The notes beneath the pieces were generated by a model. It searched no databases. It was not told the DNA's origin and was given only the letters and a program-made list of their open reading frames with translations. DNA of 64,000 bases from an uncultured Candidatus Saccharibacteria bacterium. GTDB lineage: Bacteria; Patescibacteriota; Minisyncoccia; Minisyncoccales; CAYTKG01. Positions 60,543-64,000 of the stretch are shown here, one piece after another; position 1 is the first letter of the stretch; each line of letters begins with the position of its first letter. The stretch covers positions 602-64,601 of the forward strand of contig CAYLVJ010000001.1 of the NCBI GenBank assembly GCA_964387175.1, read 5' to 3'. Made by a program: the position numbers and the translations under genes.

Positions 60543-60554
60543 GTTCTTTGAAAA
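60543..60554 (+). promoter_or_regulatory. boxA-like antitermination element GTTCTTTGAAAA (preceded by hairpin 60508-60536)
   Basis: resembles boxA TGCTCTTTAACAA in rRNA leader. Confidence 0.4.
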
Positions 60555-60617
60555 TTAAATATGGACCTTTTGAGTTGCTTCGAACCTTGTATTCGTAAAG
60601 CTTTATTGCTTTACACC

Positions 60618-62104
<1,487 letters not shown>

Positions 62105-62220
62105 TCGATGTTGTCGACTAAGATTGATAGCTGAAATTTGGCTATTAATCTTAAAGGTATTGGTCTCGAGGCCTCTAAACCGAGACACCTGGTTTGAAGC
62201 AACTCAAAGGGTCCAAGAGT

Positions 62221-62246
62221 AAAAAAGGCCGAAATGGCCTTTTTTG
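62221..62246 (+). terminator. terminator-like hairpin after 16S (AAAAAAGGCCGAAATGGCCTTTTTTG)
   Basis: GC stem + T-tract. Confidence 0.5.
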
Positions 62247-62288
62247 TTTGAGAAAAGTTAGTTTTTGTTTTAAGATATAAGAAGATTA

Positions 62289-62365
62289 GGGTGTGTAGCT
62301 CAGTTGGCTAGAGCACGTCTCTGATAAAGACGAGGTCCGTGGTTCGAGTCCACGCACACCCACCA
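62289..62365 (+). tRNA. tRNA-Ile (GAU), CCA encoded
   Basis: acceptor GGGTGTG/CACACCC, anticodon loop CTGATAA. Confidence 0.85.
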
Positions 62366-62368
62366 TTT

Positions 62369-62440
62369 GGGCCGTTAGCTCAATGGCAGAGCACCTCGTT
62401 TGCATCGAGGAGGTTACCAGTTCAAGTCTGGTACGGTCCA
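62369..62440 (+). tRNA. tRNA-Ala (UGC), G3:U70
   Basis: acceptor GGGCCGT/ACGGTCC with G3:U70, anticodon loop TTTGCAT. Confidence 0.85.
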
Positions 62441-62496
62441 CACTACTTTCCCATCTAAAAAGGTCTTTAATAATAAATTTACAATTAATTTATAAC

Positions 62497-63210
62497 ATGA
62501 ATGACAAATTACTTTTAGAAGTAGGAGGTAATCTTCCGGAAAGTTGGCAAAGCGCTTTAAGCCCTCGGCCTTTTACAGTGGCTTTTCAAAGAATGATTGG
62601 GTTTTTCCCTAATATTATTGGGTCGATTATTCTTCTAGTGCTCGGTTGGCTGGTGGCCAACGGTATTGGAAAGTTAGTTAGTGAACTTTTGAAAGCTTCT
62701 GGGTTTAACAAATTATTTGAAAAATCCGGGTGGCAGGAAGCTTTAAAAAGAGCGGAGGTGGAGGTGGATGTTTCTCAATTTTTGGGAGCGGTTTGCAAGT
62801 GGGTTCTTTTCTTTGTTTTTCTGGCGATAGGGGTTGAAGTTTTAGGACTCAGTCAGTTTGCTGGATTCTTAAATCAAGTTCTAGCTTATATCCCCAGCGT
62901 GATTGTTTCTGTTTTAATTTTTGTAGCAGCGGTTGTTATTTCCGATATCCTAGAGAAAATAGTGGTTGCTTCTTTGGAGAAAGCAAAACTGGGTTACACG
63001 AAACTAGCTGGACTTTTAGTTAGGTGGGCGATAATAGGGTTTTCTTTGCTGGCTATTCTGGTTCAGTTGGGTATTGCCAAAGAAATGGTACTTGTTCTGT
63101 TTAGAGGAGTAGTTGGTTTCTTTGTTATTTCCTTGGGTCTTGCTTTTGGCTTGGGAGGAAAAGAAATCGCCGGTGAAATCTTAAGAAAACTTCAGAGAAA
63201 ATTAAAATAA
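62497..63210 (+). CDS. membrane protein with conserved TM-helix repeats (mechanosensitive-channel-associated TM_helix-like), inside the rRNA spacer
   Basis: 237 aa from ATG 62497; 4-5 TM helices, repeated ~50-aa units; track ORF start 62383 overlaps tRNA-Ala so internal ATG chosen. Confidence 0.55.
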   Translation: MNDKLLLEVGGNLPESWQSALSPRPFTVAFQRMIGFFPNIIGSIILLVLGWLVANGIGKLVSELLKASGFNKLFEKSGWQEALKRAEVEVDVSQFLGAVCKWVLFFVFLAIGVEVLGLSQFAGFLNQVLAYIPSVIVSVLIFVAAVVISDILEKIVVASLEKAKLGYTKLAGLLVRWAIIGFSLLAILVQLGIAKEMVLVLFRGVVGFFVISLGLAFGLGGKEIAGEILRKLQRKLK

Positions 63211-63254
63211 TTTTAACTTAAAACTTTGAAACACTGTTTTTTTAACATTGTTTC

Positions 63255-63283
63255 TTGACACTTTTTTTTAATTAAGTTAAAAT
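63255..63283 (+). promoter_or_regulatory. promoter TTGACA-N17-TAAAAT upstream of 23S
   Basis: consensus -35 and good -10 ~180 nt before 23S 5' end. Confidence 0.45.
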
Positions 63284-63460
63284 CAAATTGACATGCAAAA
63301 AGTTTTAAACAAAGGAAGTGGCTAAAGCTCGCTTTATGGAGTGGGTTTTGGCTGCTTCCTTTGGAAGCAGCTTTTTAGTACTTTAAAAATTAAATAATGC
63401 AAGTAAATTTGAGAAGGTTGAGCTTGGTTTTGCCAAGCTTAACTTGACCAGGTCTAAAAA

Positions 63461-64000
<540 letters not shown>

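Noticed and set aside
62383-62496. N-terminal 38 codons of the track ORF 62383..63210
   Set aside because: Overlaps tRNA-Ala. An internal ATG at 62497 precedes the first TM helix and was taken as the start.

Overview
This is an AT-rich (~38% GC), gene-dense bacterial chromosome segment with the hallmarks of a Candidate Phyla Radiation / Patescibacteria-type genome.

Why I read it as CPR-like: short genes with lysine-rich insertions; a complete type IV pilus / competence locus; TrbC/VirB2-like pilin paralogs; no Shine-Dalgarno motifs upstream of core genes; and a 16S rRNA whose 3' tail appears to lack the CCUCC anti-SD.

Main content of the window:
- A tRNA cluster around rplS.
- ftsH, an S1-domain protein, and gyrA carrying a large intein with a homing endonuclease at the classic gyrA-a site.
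- A SAM methyltransferase, hsp20, a PrsW-like protease and tsaD.
- A GT2 glycosyltransferase, recG, a PHP phosphoesterase and a NUDIX hydrolase.
- comF followed by a pilus locus running pilM/N/O, pilB, a CheY-like regulator, pilT, pilC, two major pilins, pilD, minor pilins and a PilX-like protein.
- ligA, ftsW/rodA and a PolX polymerase.
- rplT-rpmI-infC-ssrA(tmRNA)-smpB on the minus strand.
- An EncFtn-like ferritin, ileS, recO, and a T-box leader upstream of glyQS.
- rtcA, greA, a pfkB sugar kinase, a class II aldolase, a ferredoxin, rplY and an MltB-like lytic transglycosylase.
- An N-terminally truncated RF1-like release factor overlapping rpmE, then rpsB and tsf.
- A fragmented rRNA operon: 16S, a terminator, tRNA-Ile and tRNA-Ala, a membrane-protein gene inside the spacer, and a 23S start with its own promoter.

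The candidate for a novel element is at 47.0-47.8 kb. Two tandem, higher-GC cassettes share a conserved promoter-like box plus a terminator-like leader hairpin. Each expresses a different tiny ORF behind an identical AAAGGAGGTGAGA motif. A third small ORF at 12.8 kb carries the same 13-mer.

All coordinates come from manual reading and are approximate to a few nucleotides for RNA ends.
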